Shown piece by piece: positions 1 through 11,765 of a stretch of 64,000 bases of DNA; position 1 is the first letter of the stretch; each line of letters starts with the position of its first letter. Origin of the DNA: Eledone cirrhosa (lineage: Eukaryota); assembly GCA_964016885.1 (NCBI GenBank), contig OZ024742.1, forward strand, positions 150,164,001 to 150,228,000, read 5' to 3'. The notes under the pieces were generated by a model, which searched no databases, was not told the origin of the DNA, and was given only the letters and a program-made list of their open reading frames with translations. The translations under genes and the position numbers were made by a program.

Positions 1-1727
1 TCGTTCCCTACCCTCTCTACGATGTATCGCATGAGGTGGAGGTTGTCGTGTATGGACCTGGACGGGATTGCGCATGTCTGCGCTTCTCCCACCAGGTTCC
101 CGACGACAAGCGCCAACCTCTTCGCTAACACCTTGGCCAAAATCTTTAACTCTGTGTTTAGCAGAGTTATGGGCCTGAAGTTATCTATGTCATCCCCCTT
201 GTTCTCGTCCTTCCTCACCAGCGTGACTACGCCCTTGGTCACAGAACTGGGAATTCTCCCGTTCTGTTGCCAGTTGCAGTAGACCGCCTCGAGGAGACCG
301 GAGAACAAGCCCGGCATCGCTACATAAAGTTCGTATGGTAGACCATCGAGACCCGGAGATTTGCGTTTGCCGCATTGGCTCAGCGCTTCCCCTATTTCAG
401 CGGCTGAAATTGGCCTCTCGCAGGACTTCGCCTCCCCGTCCGAGAGCCGCGCCAGACCGTCGAGGTATGGACCGAAATCCATGGCCCCACCCGGCCCGCC
501 GCCCCTCCCGAACAGTCGCGCAAAGCGCCGTTGAAAGGCCGCGCTCATCCGCTCAGGTTCAAGGATCACGCGTCCATCCTGGTCCTTCAAAGACCGAATC
601 GTGGACTTGTTTCCACTTTTTGCCTCTGTCACTCGGGCCCAGCTAACAGCTTTGGCTCCCTCGTTACCCAGAGTACGTATTTTACTCCTGACAACGCAGC
701 CCTCGTTCTTCGCATCAAAGAACTGGTCTAGGGCCGTTCTTGACGCCAGCACGCCGGCCACGTTTCCACTCCTAATCGCCTCTTCTACTCTATTTGTTAA
801 TTCCCTTTCAGTTCTATTCCTATCTGATGCTAATTCCCGACTAAAACCTATCGATTCTATTCTAATTTCTCTCTTGAGAGAGCCCCACCACCTGTTGTTG
901 ACAATTGCCCCCGTCAAACGCTGCTTAACTAGTGTGCTAATCCGCTTACTGTAAGCTTTGTTTGTCGGTAAAGACAAGTTTAGCTTCCAGTAACCGGGTC
1001 CCTGTCTATGAGTTCTATCAAGGTTGACCACTCCGGTCAACAACTTGTGATCCGAATAGTCAACCATGAACATTCGTGGACAGCTTAATATGTCCCTATC
1101 CTTATTTCTAACTAGGAACCTATCTAGGTACGACCTGGATGTTCCGCTGCGATTACTCCACGTCCACCGTGGCACAGTCGGAAAATCCAGTCGATATCTA
1201 TCGGCCAGATCAAATCGGCCGATTAATCGTTTGAGGCTGTTACACCCCCCTCTATCGGGACATGCCCCTACATAGTCCCAACGTGCATCCAGGATACCAT
1301 TCCAGTCCCCCACTAAAAGCAAGGAGCGAGACGTTCCCAGGAAATTCTCCAGGCGTCGGAAGAAGTCCGGTCGCGGTGTCCCCGATGGGGCATACGTTGC
1401 CACCAGCCTGAAAGCTCCACCTTCACCACTGCCGACGTCTAAAACCACCAGTCGACCCTCCGAGTCCAGGTGTACCTTCTGTGTGGCAAGACCCAGGTAT
1501 TTTCGCAGCAGAACGACAACCCCACCCCCACCCCTCGGCTGACAGAGAGATGCGTAGATCTCAAAGTCGTCGAAGATGGGGGCCAGTTGGCGCTCGCTGC
1601 TGATCCTGGACTCGCAAATAACCATTACATCCACTCTGTGCGACCTGAGGTCATTTAAGAGTTTGCCCTGTTTCCAGGACATCCCCAAGCCGCGTGCATT
1701 CACACATCCAACTCTTATATTGGCCAT
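1..1727 (-). CDS. Tx1/L1-like LINE ORF2 (APE endonuclease + start of reverse transcriptase), runs off the window edge
   Basis: Minus-strand frame from ATG at 1727: MANIRVGCVNARGL...VICES...VGDWN...SYLDRF...YSDHK...GPGYWKLN (APE domain), and near the window start NFRPITLLNTELKILAK...RSIHDNL (L1/Tx1 RT motifs). Probably absent from the ORF track because it has no stop inside the window. Confidence 0.9.
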   Translation of the reverse strand, partial: MANIRVGCVNARGLGMSWKQGKLLNDLRSHRVDVMVICESRISSERQLAPIFDDFEIYASLCQPRGGGGVVVLLRKYLGLATQKVHLDSEGRLVVLDVGSGEGGAFRLVATYAPSGTPRPDFFRRLENFLGTSRSLLLVGDWNGILDARWDYVGACPDRGGCNSLKRLIGRFDLADRYRLDFPTVPRWTWSNRSGTSRSYLDRFLVRNKDRDILSCPRMFMVDYSDHKLLTGVVNLDRTHRQGPGYWKLNLSLPTNKAYSKRISTLVKQRLTGAIVNNRWWGSLKREIRIESIGFSRELASDRNRTERELTNRVEEAIRSGNVAGVLASRTALDQFFDAKNEGCVVRSKIRTLGNEGAKAVSWARVTEAKSGNKSTIRSLKDQDGRVILEPERMSAAFQRRFARLFGRGGGPGGAMDFGPYLDGLARLSDGEAKSCERPISAAEIGEALSQCGKRKSPGLDGLPYELYVAMPGLFSGLLEAVYCNWQQNGRIPSSVTKGVVTLVRKDENKGDDIDNFRPITLLNTELKILAKVLAKRLALVVGNLVGEAQTCAIPSRSIHDNLHLMRYIVERVGN

Positions 1728-1769
1728 GTTGGTGCTGAAGAGGTAAAAAGGAAGAGGAAAGGAAATTAC

Positions 1770-2580
1770 TTACCTCTTCATCTCCTGGGGCTGCACTATT
1801 TCCATGGGGGTGTTGGAAGGGTTGTTTGGTGGGGTGGTGGTTTGTGGTGGGGTGAGGACATCAGTGTGTGGTGGGATTAGGGTGTTTGGTGGGGTGTGGG
1901 TGTCTGGTGTGGGGGTGAGGAAACATCTCAATAGGACGCTGTTATGTGGTTTGGTGCAGTTGGTCCCCACATGCATTGGATGGTTCTTTTTCAAAGTTAC
2001 ATAGGTTTCCGTTGGGACCCTAATCATCATTAGGTGCGGTTTGTTCGCTGCGTAGGTGAAAGTGATCCCTTCGGTTTCCACCGAAGGGTTATTTTCTATC
2101 GCTTTCATCAACGTTTTATTGTTCTTGTTAATGTATGTATAGAGTTTTTGTTGTGTTGTGTTTCTTTTTGTTTGTTGTTCTTGCGGGTGTTTGCGTTTTA
2201 TAGTACGTGTTATGTTTTGGGGAGGGGTGGGTTTTTGTATTTGTGATGTTTGTTCTGTTTGTGCTGGTGGTTGTGTGTTTGTGGCATTTTTGTTAATGTG
2301 GTGGCTTTTTTTTTTTGCCTTTTCACCTGTTGAAAGGGTTCTCCCTCGTCGTCACTGGGTGACGTTGATACGGAGTCCTCTTCCGTGTTGTTGGGGAGGG
2401 GTATATTTTGGGGTTTTGTTGTGGTTGCTTTTGTATTTGTTTTAGGTGGGGAGGGGTTGGGTGGAACAGTGTTTTGTGTTGTTATTTTTCCGTGTTGTTG
2501 TGGTGGTGGTGGTTGTGTTGTTGTGTTCGGGGTTGGCAGAAGAGCCTTTTTTTTTTACTCGTTAATTGAGGACAGGCAGC
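1770..2580 (-). pseudogene. Putative ORF1 region of the Tx1/L1-like LINE (T/P/N/Q-rich, 5' truncated or frameshifted)
   Basis: ORF 1770..2111 stops 42 nt before the ORF2 ATG on the same strand; the frame stays open upstream of 2111 in low-complexity A/C-rich sequence. Confidence 0.5.
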
Positions 2581-2616
2581 CCTCAGGTCACCTTTTTGTT
2601 CAACACTGACACAGGA

Positions 2617-2659
2617 ACGATGTACTAGTTTCAAGCTTATTAGCTATCGTCAGCACCGT
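2617..2659 (-). ncRNA. Minimal type-I hammerhead ribozyme (inverted copy)
   Basis: Reverse complement of 3181-3223. Confidence 0.8.
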
Positions 2660-3180
2660 ATACCTTTCTGCCAGATGGTTGAACGTCCGAAAGTATATAC
2701 TTTCCTTATGAAAATTAACGGCTGAGCAGCCTAATTTGCATATCACTGAACTCACTCGATATGCAAATTAGGCTGCCGTTAATTTGTGTCAGTGTTGAAC
2801 AAAAAGGTGACGTTGTTGCCTAAACACTGTACGGCGTAATTCAGGCTGTTTGTTTGTTTACAAACGAACAAACCGAGCATTATAATAAATGTTCGGTAAA
2901 CTGATACGTGCATATATATATGTGTGCCTGTATGTATATATATACATGCTACTGTACGTCTGTATACATATATGTATGTACGTATACATACATACTTGCA
3001 TTTAAGTAAGTGCCGTACTAAGAGTGAGAAATGAAATTTCGTTTCATTCTATTCCATTTATCGTTTCCGGTGCGCCTGGCCGACTGAACTCACTCGATAT
3101 GCAAATTAGGCTGCTCAGCCGTTAATTTTCATAAGGAAAGTATATACTTTCGGACGTTCAACCATCTGGCAGAAAGGTAT

Positions 3181-3223
3181 ACGGTGCTGACGATAGCTAA
3201 TAAGCTTGAAACTAGTACATCGT
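3181..3223 (+). ncRNA. Minimal type-I hammerhead ribozyme
   Basis: acggtg-CTGACGA-t-agct-aata-agct-t-GAAA-ctag-TA-catcgt: helix I acggtg/catcgt, intact core, palindromic helix III (ACTAGT), GUA triplet. Confidence 0.8.
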
Positions 3224-3427
3224 TCCTGTGTCAGTGTTAAACAAAAAGGTGACGTGGTTGCCTAAACACTGTACGGCGTAATTCAGGCTGTTTGTTTGTT
3301 TACAAACGAACAGACCGAGCATTATAATAAATGTTCGGTAAACTGATACGTGCATATATATATGTGTGCCTGTATGTATATATATACATGCTACTGTACG
3401 TCTGTATACATATATGTATGTACGTAT

Positions 3428-3465
<38 letters not shown>

Positions 3466-3565
3466 TGTATAGATTGGATATAATACCAGTTTCTTATCAA
3501 ATGTGAAGAAGTTCGATATATCAACCCCTTAGGAAAGAGTACAGAGCATTATTTTTATTTTGCAT

Positions 3566-3598
<33 letters not shown>

Positions 3599-3855
3599 CG
3601 GTGGTGAAACTGCTCCCCCCTCCTAATAATTATATTTTTTCCCCAAACTACCAAAACACATATCTATTTGGATATGCGCCACAATTAATGTACATGTTAT
3701 GTTTATCTCATATCGAAGTTTTCTGACCATTTTGCAGTGCTAAGAGCTAAACTAATCACTACAACTAAATTGACCAAATTTTCCCGTATAACGTATAATA
3801 TACAAACACTGAAGCGTACTGGGCCGAGCTGGAGAATCTCGCATGAAACTGTTGG

Positions 3856-3915
3856 AACAACAACAACAACAACAACGACTCTTCCTCTTCTTCTTCTTCT
3901 TCTTCTTCTTCTTCT
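3856..3915. repeat. (AAC)n + (TCT)n microsatellite
   Basis: Direct reading. Confidence 0.9.
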
Positions 3916-4345
3916 CTAACATTGGCACAAGGCCAGAAAATTTTAAGTGAGAGAAAGTCGAATAAATCGCCCCAGACTGGTACTTTATATTGAATTTCTG
4001 CAAAAGTTTGCACTATAAATGATCTCCCCACTTAACATTTAAACAATTTTCACTATGGAATAAACTTGAAGACATGAAGCAACAAGAGAAAGAATGCATT
4101 GACATTGGAAAATGTTGCACGAAGGACGTAGATAAGATTTCTAAATTAGACACAAGACCAGTACATTTAGGGGAAAGTCGATTAAATCGAGTACAGTGTT
4201 TGACTGGCACTTTGTTTCATCGACTCCGGAATGATGAAAGGCAAAGCTGATCTCGGCAGGATTTGAACTCAGAACATAAAGACATAGAATAAACCTTAAG
4301 GCACTTTCCCGGACATTATAATTATTCTGTCAATCCACCACTTGA
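3916..4345 (-). mobile_element. tRNA-derived SINE fragments (two partial copies)
   Basis: Reverse complements of family motifs seen elsewhere in the window (ttctgagttcaaatcc B-box; gcctttcat; ggccttgtgcc). Confidence 0.7.
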
Positions 4346-4955
4346 AGCCAGGAAATAATAGAAAGTGTAAGTCAAAACTACCAGATAAGAATAGCTAACA
4401 CAACTAAGCTGGAACGTGCAAGATGCTCTTGATATCGATCTCATAATTTACCTCTCTTTTCAACATGTTAAAGGGTCGAAACTGTGTTCGAAATAAGGTG
4501 ACCAGGCAAGAATAGGGTTTTTATCGTCTTGCACACAGATATAACTTCAGTGTCCTTCAAAGATCAGGAAATCTTTTTCATTAATTTTTATTCTACACAC
4601 ACGTCAAGTTTGAATGTTGCTGTTTTGAGTTTTCCCACTTTCAAGATACTTTAAAAATCTTCTTTCAACAGTCAGATGCCAGTTTACCTGGAAAGAAACA
4701 AGGCAGTTATTAATAAGAATTGAAATTAATACATGCAAGATTTCACAGCTCTAGCATCACACCTTCATAGTCAGCCTATGAACCTTTTATCCCACTCTCG
4801 TCCTGATCTATATTACAAAACTAAAACCAAGTAGAAGCTACGTGAAAGTATATGGCGAAGACAAAATATGTATATAATTAAATTGTCAATTAGACACATG
4901 GTGGCGTGCAGAGAGGAAAAGGTGGGGTGGCATGATAGCCAAGACAGTATTTAAC

Positions 4956-5090
4956 TACGAGAGTGGGCTGAAAAGTTCATAGGCTGACTGTGAAGGTGTG
5001 ATGCTAGAGCTGTTAAATCTTGCATGCATTAATTTCAACTCTTATTAATAACTGCATTGTTTCTTTCCAGGTAAACTGGCACCTAACTGG
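4956..5090 (+). mobile_element. Mariner-type left terminal fragment
   Basis: TA-CGAGAGTGGGCTGAAAAGTTCATAGGCTGAC resembles a mariner TIR; no transposase follows. Confidence 0.55.
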
Positions 5091-5513
5091 GTATTGTGGA
5101 ACCTAGGCGAAAGAACGAGACAAAAGTGTCAGCCCTATAAAAGTAGGTGGACCGCCTCCATATAGAGCAGATAACAGACTTGGTAGTTTAGGCACAATTG
5201 GCATGAATAGACGTGCTAAAGGTCTGAATCTTTAAGATATCATCATTTGTTTCATAACAAAATACCAATATTGTCGTTATGTCGTCTTCATATCTCATTC
5301 TTCTTCTTATTTTTTTGTTGTTGCAATTTTGCAATAAAATTGAGAAGTGACTTTTTCTCCTTCATTTAAAGTAAAAAGAAGAAAAAAAAGAACATTTGTG
5401 AATAGTCAAAAAGGAATCTGATGAATTTCTTGCAATTGTTTGTTAACCTCCTTGTTATTTATTTACTGTCGTTGTACGTTATATTGATATCTATGTTATT
5501 ATTTCACTTTCAG

Positions 5514-6594
5514 ATGTCATCTCCTGGCTGGAATGATTTCTACGATGTTGTTCCTTTGGTTCTACCTTGCCGATAACCAAACCAAGTTAAAAACAATAAT
5601 TAGGCCTAAATGTGTCGCCCATATGCATGTGGCCTTTGTGAAAACGCACAAAACCGCTAGTTCAACCGTAACAAACATCATTCAGAGATTTGGGATAAAA
5701 CACCACCTCAAATTCATGCTTCCGAAATACCCGGATAATTACTTATGGTTTGACCGTAATGCATTTATTGATCGTCTGCTTCCCCATCCCAATGGCACGG
5801 ATAAACAATTTGATTTGCTGTGTAATCATGCAATTTACAACAGACTTGTCATATCAAAACTTATGCCTAATGATACAGCGTACATAACAATTTTGCGTCA
5901 TCCTGTGAATCAGTTTTTGTCGGCATTTTTCTTCTACCGTACTGTATACAAAATCCCGTATTTAGTTCGCATACCTGGATCTAATCCTGTTGAAGAATTT
6001 TTGAAAAACCCTAATAGATTCGAACCGGTGTCAAGCTATGCATCATATACAAATAACAGAATGACAATGGACCTCGGTGTTCCGAGATTGGCTTTTGATC
6101 AGTCTGCGCTATTAACTGCTTTTATTAATAAAATTGACAAGGAGTTGGATTTCGTAATGATAATGGAATACTTTGATGAATCATTGATATTGTTGAAACG
6201 TCTTATGTGCTGGGCTATGGAAGACATTATCGCTTTGAGAATGAATGTACTTAAAAAGAATGATATAAACATGATGTTGAAACCGGAAACGTTCAACAAT
6301 ATTAAAAAATGGGCCCACGCCGATCTTGAGTTGTATGAGTATTTTTATCGAAAATTTTGGAGACGAATAAGCCATATGAAAGAAGATTTTTGGAGAGAAG
6401 TTGAAGTCTATAAAATAATACAGTTAAAAGTTCAAAATTATTGCATGAATTTAAACATATCCCCAGATTTTATTATCATTGATAAAAGTGAATGGAATAG
6501 AAAATTTTTGATCGACCATCAAACATGTAAACTGTTGAAAATGAACGAAGTAAAATTCACTAATTACTTGAGAGATCATCAAAAAGTAATGTAA
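5514..6594 (+). CDS. Galactose-3-O-sulfotransferase family (Gal3ST / galactosylceramide sulfotransferase-like), large terminal coding exon
   Basis: 353-aa ORF with an N-terminal hydrophobic segment, 5'-PSB motif FVKTHKTASSTV, 3'-PB motif YITILRHPVNQFLSAF, and FVMIMEYFDESLILLKRLMCW. Acceptor tttcactttcag ends at 5513; any upstream exon was not located. Confidence 0.92.
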
Positions 6595-7564
6595 ACTGAC
6601 TTGGATTGCCATTCAACAATTATAAAAGATTATTGAATACATTATGAATCGGAAAATCTACATACAGGGGGCTAATTACCAACCAGATTAATAAGCCAAA
6701 GAAAAGCATGGCATGGTGTTGCTATATATATTAAGCTATATATGAGACTCACTCATCTGCAGTCTAGTTTCGATTATCGGTAGAAATCATTTCTCACTTA
6801 TTTACGTCATTAATTTCTACGAAAACGAAAACAGCAAAACAAAACAAAAAAAAATACATATTCTTTATTTGTTATAATATTAGCATAATACAACATGTTG
6901 ATATTGATGAGCCGAATTAGTTGGTTAACGGTATTCGAAATGCGGCGTCTCACTTAAAAAGGTGAGTTAATTGAATACAGCGAATTCGACTTTCTGGTTT
7001 CGATTTCCTCATATCATTTCACTTGATTTACGCTGTTAATGCCGTCTAGGAAGGCAAGGATTTCTTCCAGTCTCATTTATTTTCAGTTATAAATCAGAAA
7101 ACCAGTACATAAGTAAAATTCAATTTTTATATCCGGGGTTTTGTGGAAGTCCAGCAGTTGCTCGTACATGTAAGTTTCTCCTAGCTTCAACATCCATATT
7201 CGCCAGAATATAAAAAAAAAAGATGGAATAGATACTGCAAGACAGCCTTTCTTGCACTCTACCCATTACTCAATAAATCTACCACCCTAGACTAGAACTT
7301 TATTTATCGATTTATAAAGAATAAAAAGAAACATTGACTTTGGTGTGATTTGAACTCGGCGTTCAGTGAGTCAGAACAAATAACGTATGGCAATGTATCC
7401 GGCGCTCCAACGACTCTAATAACCCACCGCCTTAGATTTATATTATTACGTGGTCAAAACCTTTGTGTAAGTGGTATAAGCTCCTGGAAAGCTAACTGTG
7501 CGAAGTTGTTTATTTTCCAGATAAACCTGTTCAATTCACTTACGCCAGTAATATTATTGGGAAC

Positions 7565-8220
7565 AGGATTGGCAGTATCGGTAGAGGTTTGGACGCCATG
7601 CTTTCTAGCATAGTTACGTCCCTTTATGGTCTGAGTTCAAATCTTGTTGAGATTAACTTAGCCTTTCATCCTTACGGGGTCGATAAAATAAAATACCACT
7701 AATGTACTGGGTAATTGCTGGCCTTGTGCCAAAAGTAGAAACAATAAGGGTGGTGTATTGGCAGTATCGGTAGAGGGTCGGGGGCCATGCTTTACAGCAA
7801 AGAGTTACGGCCCTTTATGGTCTGAGTTCAAATCCCGCCGAGTTTAACTTTGCCTTTCATGCTTACGGGGCTCGATAAAATAAAGTACCAGTAATGTACT
7901 GGGTAATGTTGCTGGCCTTGTGCCAAAAGTGGAAACAAATATTATTGGGAACAATACATTTCATATAATCAAAAGTTGTGAATTTCTATTTCTTTGTTAG
8001 ATTTGGGTTAGCAGAATCGGTAGAGCGTCGGAAAAAATGCTTTGCGATATTTCGTTACGGCTTTCTTCGTTCTGAGTTCAAATTCCGCCAAAGTCAACTT
8101 TGCTTTTCATCCTTCCAGGGTCAATAAAATAAAGTACCAGTTAAGTACTGGGGTAAATATTATTGACTTACCCTTTCCTCCAAATTGCTAACCTCATATC
8201 AGTGGTAGAAATAATTATTA
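7565..8220 (+). mobile_element. Tandem tRNA-derived SINEs (3 copies)
   Basis: Repeated TGGCAGTATCGGTAGAG (A-box-like) ... GAGTTCAAATC (B-box) ... gcctttcatccttacggggtcgataaaataaagtaccag ... ggccttgtgccaaaagtagaaac. Confidence 0.85.
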
Positions 8221-8583
8221 GCTTGGAGATACATAGAATAGACGCAATTATGCCAAATATTTAAAACATTCGCTTCACAATTATTACCTTTGTTTCGTTG
8301 AGATAGACATTGTAGAACAATGTTTACTTTTCCTCAATATAAATATAGTCTTAATGAATTAAGTAAACGTGCTTCTTTCGCCAGTCAAAAAGTTATTTTT
8401 CCATGAACAAGTATCCATAGAATTGATAGACAAACTCATATCTTAGCCATTTGGGGATTTCCCTATCAATTCTAATCCTCGAAGTAAACTTTATAACACT
8501 GAAAGTATGTCTGCCTACCTATCTGCCAGTCTATCTGTCTGTCTGTCGATCTGTCTGTGTGTCAGTCTGTATGTATGTATGTA

Positions 8584-8657
<74 letters not shown>

Positions 8658-8879
8658 TATGCGTGTGTGTGTGTGTGTGTGAATGCGCGGAGACATGGAA
8701 ATACTCGGTTTGGTACCCGAGCGCACGGTTAGCCTACTGGGAGTGAAAGATCCCTAGTTTTGTCAGGACATAATTCTAGGAGACGGAAACTCTGATGTAG
8801 CCAATGATGTTTACCTGTCACTGTTGTTCAGAGAGTGGTAATAGTCCAATCCAAGGTCTTTATTCACTTAAAAAAGCTT

Positions 8880-9075
8880 CAAGCACAGGCACCACTTAAT
8901 CTAAACAATTTTCACGTGTGTTGCGTGAGCATGCCCTTTATTTTTTCTTTCACTACGGCATATGCAGAAAGGAATCTAAGTCCTTGGTAGGGCTAAAAGG
9001 TCATGTTCATGCCATTCATGTCGGAGAAACAGGTCAAGGGATGGCAATCTCGAAACCGCGATGCAGCCATTATAT
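8880..9075 (+). mobile_element. Degenerate RTE-type LINE 3' end
   Basis: Remnant CRKESKSLVGLKGHVHAIH (C2H2-like) and a 3' terminus similar to 10348-10383. Confidence 0.4.
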
Positions 9076-9103
9076 CATAAGTATCTAACTATCTCTCTAT
9101 TTA

Positions 9104-9204
<101 letters not shown>

Positions 9205-9252
9205 AATTATGTATGTATGTATGTATGTATGTGCAATTAAATATTTAAAAAA

Positions 9253-10385
9253 ATGAACCAAATATCTGTGTATGGTAAACGACTTGGAGTGGTTCATCAG
9301 TTTGTCTACCTGGGAAGCACTGTCAATCGGAACAGCAATCTTGATAATGAAATTCCACACATGATTAGCAAAGCAAGTGATGCTTTCGGGAAGGTAGAAA
9401 GGCGCTTCTGGGGTCGGCGAGACATGTGCAAGAAGACAAAGGTAAAGGTGTACAAGACATCTGTGCTCTCTTTTCTTCTTTATGCCTGCGAGACCTGGGT
9501 GACATATCGACCCCTACCTTAAACAGTTGGAACGTTTCCATCAGATGTGTCTTAGACGGATCTATGGCGTTCACTGGAGGGACGACATCAGTGATGTCGA
9601 GATTTTGAAAAGTTCTGTGTGAAAACATAGAAGCTCTTGTGCTTAAGCAAAGACTCCGATGAAGTGGTCACCTTGCCAGGATGGAGGCTTCTAGGATACC
9701 AAAACAATTCTTTTATGGAGAGTTAGTTAAAGGAAAACGACCTCCGTATAAATAAATAAAAAAGAGGTATAAGGATTCGTTGAAAGCCTCCTTGAAAGAC
9801 GCTAACATCTCTGCTGATACATGGGAAAGCGTAGCTGCTGATCGTTGTAAATGGAGAAAGATTGAGCATGAGGGGAAAGTTGCTTTCGAAGCATCTCGAA
9901 TCGCATACGGGAAAGTAAAAAGGCGTGTCAGGAAAGGCATTGATGTTACATTTTCAGACAGCAAAGGTCCTCCTATAGAGCTGACATGTAGCGTCTGTGC
10001 AAGGCTCTGCCTCAGCAAAGCTGGACTCAAAAGTCATCTTCGCAGTCATAAAGGGAGACTAGTGGTTGACTACCAGGCTGCTCTCGGAGATGCTACTCAT
10101 CATACCTGTCAAGCATGTGGAAAAGATTGTAGATCAGTAGAAGGGCTCAAACGACATGCAGAAGTACATGACAGCCAACCACAGCCGTCTATTACCAGTG
10201 AATGTTATTATTATGGTTGCCAACTCTGTGCAAGATATTTTAGATCATTGGATGGGCTAAAAAGCCACATTCGATCGCAACACCGTTAATAATTATATGT
10301 ATGTGTGTGTATATATATATATATGTGTATGTGTGTGTGTTTCGTGCAATGGCCATACTCGATAACGATAGGGTAGCCATCATGT
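9253..10385 (+). mobile_element. 5'-truncated RTE-clade LINE with C-terminal C2H2 zinc fingers
   Basis: FVYLGST...KTKVKVY...LLYACETW, then LYGELVKGKRP...DSLKASLK...WESVAADRCKWR (RTE C-terminus) and three C2H2 motifs; frameshifts and stops present. Confidence 0.85.
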
Positions 10386-10573
10386 ATGTATCTATGTATG
10401 TATGTATAATAGAGATGTATATGGAAGCATTTACTATGTTTATACACAATAAACATATGAGAGCCTCGCCATAAAAAAAAATAATTTTTGTTGTATAAAA
10501 ACATTATTTTACTCTCTTTTGCTCTGCCAACATGTCACAGATATCTCAGTGGCGTTGAGAATGCCAAAGAGCC

Positions 10574-10575
<2 letters not shown>

Positions 10576-10604
<29 letters not shown>

Positions 10605-10641
10605 TGTATGTATGTATGTATGTATGTATGTATGTATGTAT
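10576..10641. repeat. (TATG)n microsatellite
   Basis: Direct reading. Confidence 0.95.
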
Positions 10642-10659
10642 GTTGTAAAGTCACGTGTA

Positions 10660-10950
10660 TTAGGGTTAGGGTGTTCAACACACTAGCGTATGGTCATGCG
10701 TTCCACTCCCAGCGACGCCTTGTGTTCTTGAGCTAGGTACTTTATTTCACGATACTCAAATTCACTCAGAAATAAAGGAGTAGTACCTGTAATTCAAAAG
10801 ACCAGCCATGTCACACACTCTCCCATGCTGAATGTCTGTATACATGTCTGAGAATTACTCGGTCACTTGCACGCTAATTTCATGAGTAGGCTGTTCCGTT
10901 GTTTGAATAACTGGAACATTTGTCCTCTAAATCGATGGAGATCCAACACA
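10660..10950 (+). mobile_element. Degenerate SINE (second family)
   Basis: Decayed tRNA-like head followed by tgtgttcttgagctaggtactttatttcac, similar to the minus-strand copies near 38570-38690 and 44275-44390. Confidence 0.45.
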
Positions 10951-11089
10951 ACATGTACGTATATTCCTAATAGTAGACTATTACAATGTTGCACCAAAGT
11001 ACGGGCTAAAAGTTTGAATACAGGCATATCATTTTAAGGAGAAAGTCATAAGCTGTGCCTTTTAGATTGTATATTTGTCTATTTATTTT

Positions 11090-11765
11090 ACATCCTTACG
11101 GAGTCGATAAAATAAAGTACCAGTAACGCACTAGGGTATTTTTAATCGACTTTTCCCTAAAATTGCTAGCCTTGTGCTAAAATCAGAAACCATGGTGGAT
11201 TGGCAGTATCGGTAGAGGGTCGGACGCCATACTTTGCAGCAAAGAGTTACGGCCCTTTATGGTCTGAGTTCAAATCCAACCGAGGTTCACTTTGCCTTTC
11301 ATCTTTACGGGGTCGATAAAATAAAGTACCAGTAATACACTCGGATAATTGCTGGCCTTGTGCCAAAAGTAGAAACAATTATTATTGGTTTCAGACTTAG
11401 GCACAAGGCCAGCAATTTTGGAGGAGGAGAAAGTCGATTAAATCGACTCCAGTGCGTGACTGGTACTTCATTTTATCGACCCCGTAAGGATGAAAGGCAA
11501 AGTTAACCTCAGTGGGATTTGAACTCAGGTCATAAAGGGCCGTAACTCTATGCTGCAAAGCATGGCGTCTGACGCTCTACCGATACTGCCAATCCACTGC
11601 CCTAGAAACCATTATTAGGGTCTGACGCCATGCTTTGCAGCAAAGAGGGTCTGAATCCCACCGAGGTTAACTTTGCTTTTCATCTTTACGGGATCGATAA
11701 AATAAGTACCAGTAATACACTGGGGTAATTGCTGGCCTTGTGCCAAAAGTAGAAACTATTATTAT
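11090..11765. mobile_element. Cluster of tRNA-derived SINEs in both orientations
   Basis: Plus copies at ~11090-11192, 11195-11385 and 11620-11765; minus copy at ~11386-11602. Confidence 0.85.

Larger units (their letters stand above)
2587..3431. repeat. Complex inverted + direct duplication
   Basis: 2587-2744 is the reverse complement of 3096-3253 (158 bp, 1 mismatch seen); 2745-2785 copies 3083-3128 with a 5-nt deletion; ~2786-2988 copies ~3229-3431. Confidence 0.9.

Noticed and set aside
22-1658. Plus-strand ORFs over the first 1.7 kb, and antisense ORFs over the Gypsy and RTE elements
   Set aside because: Shadow frames of retroelement coding sequence on the opposite strand.
2734-3106. 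Three ATGCAAAT octamer motifs suggesting an snRNA promoter
   Set aside because: They are copies of a single site made by the local duplication, and no recognisable snRNA follows.
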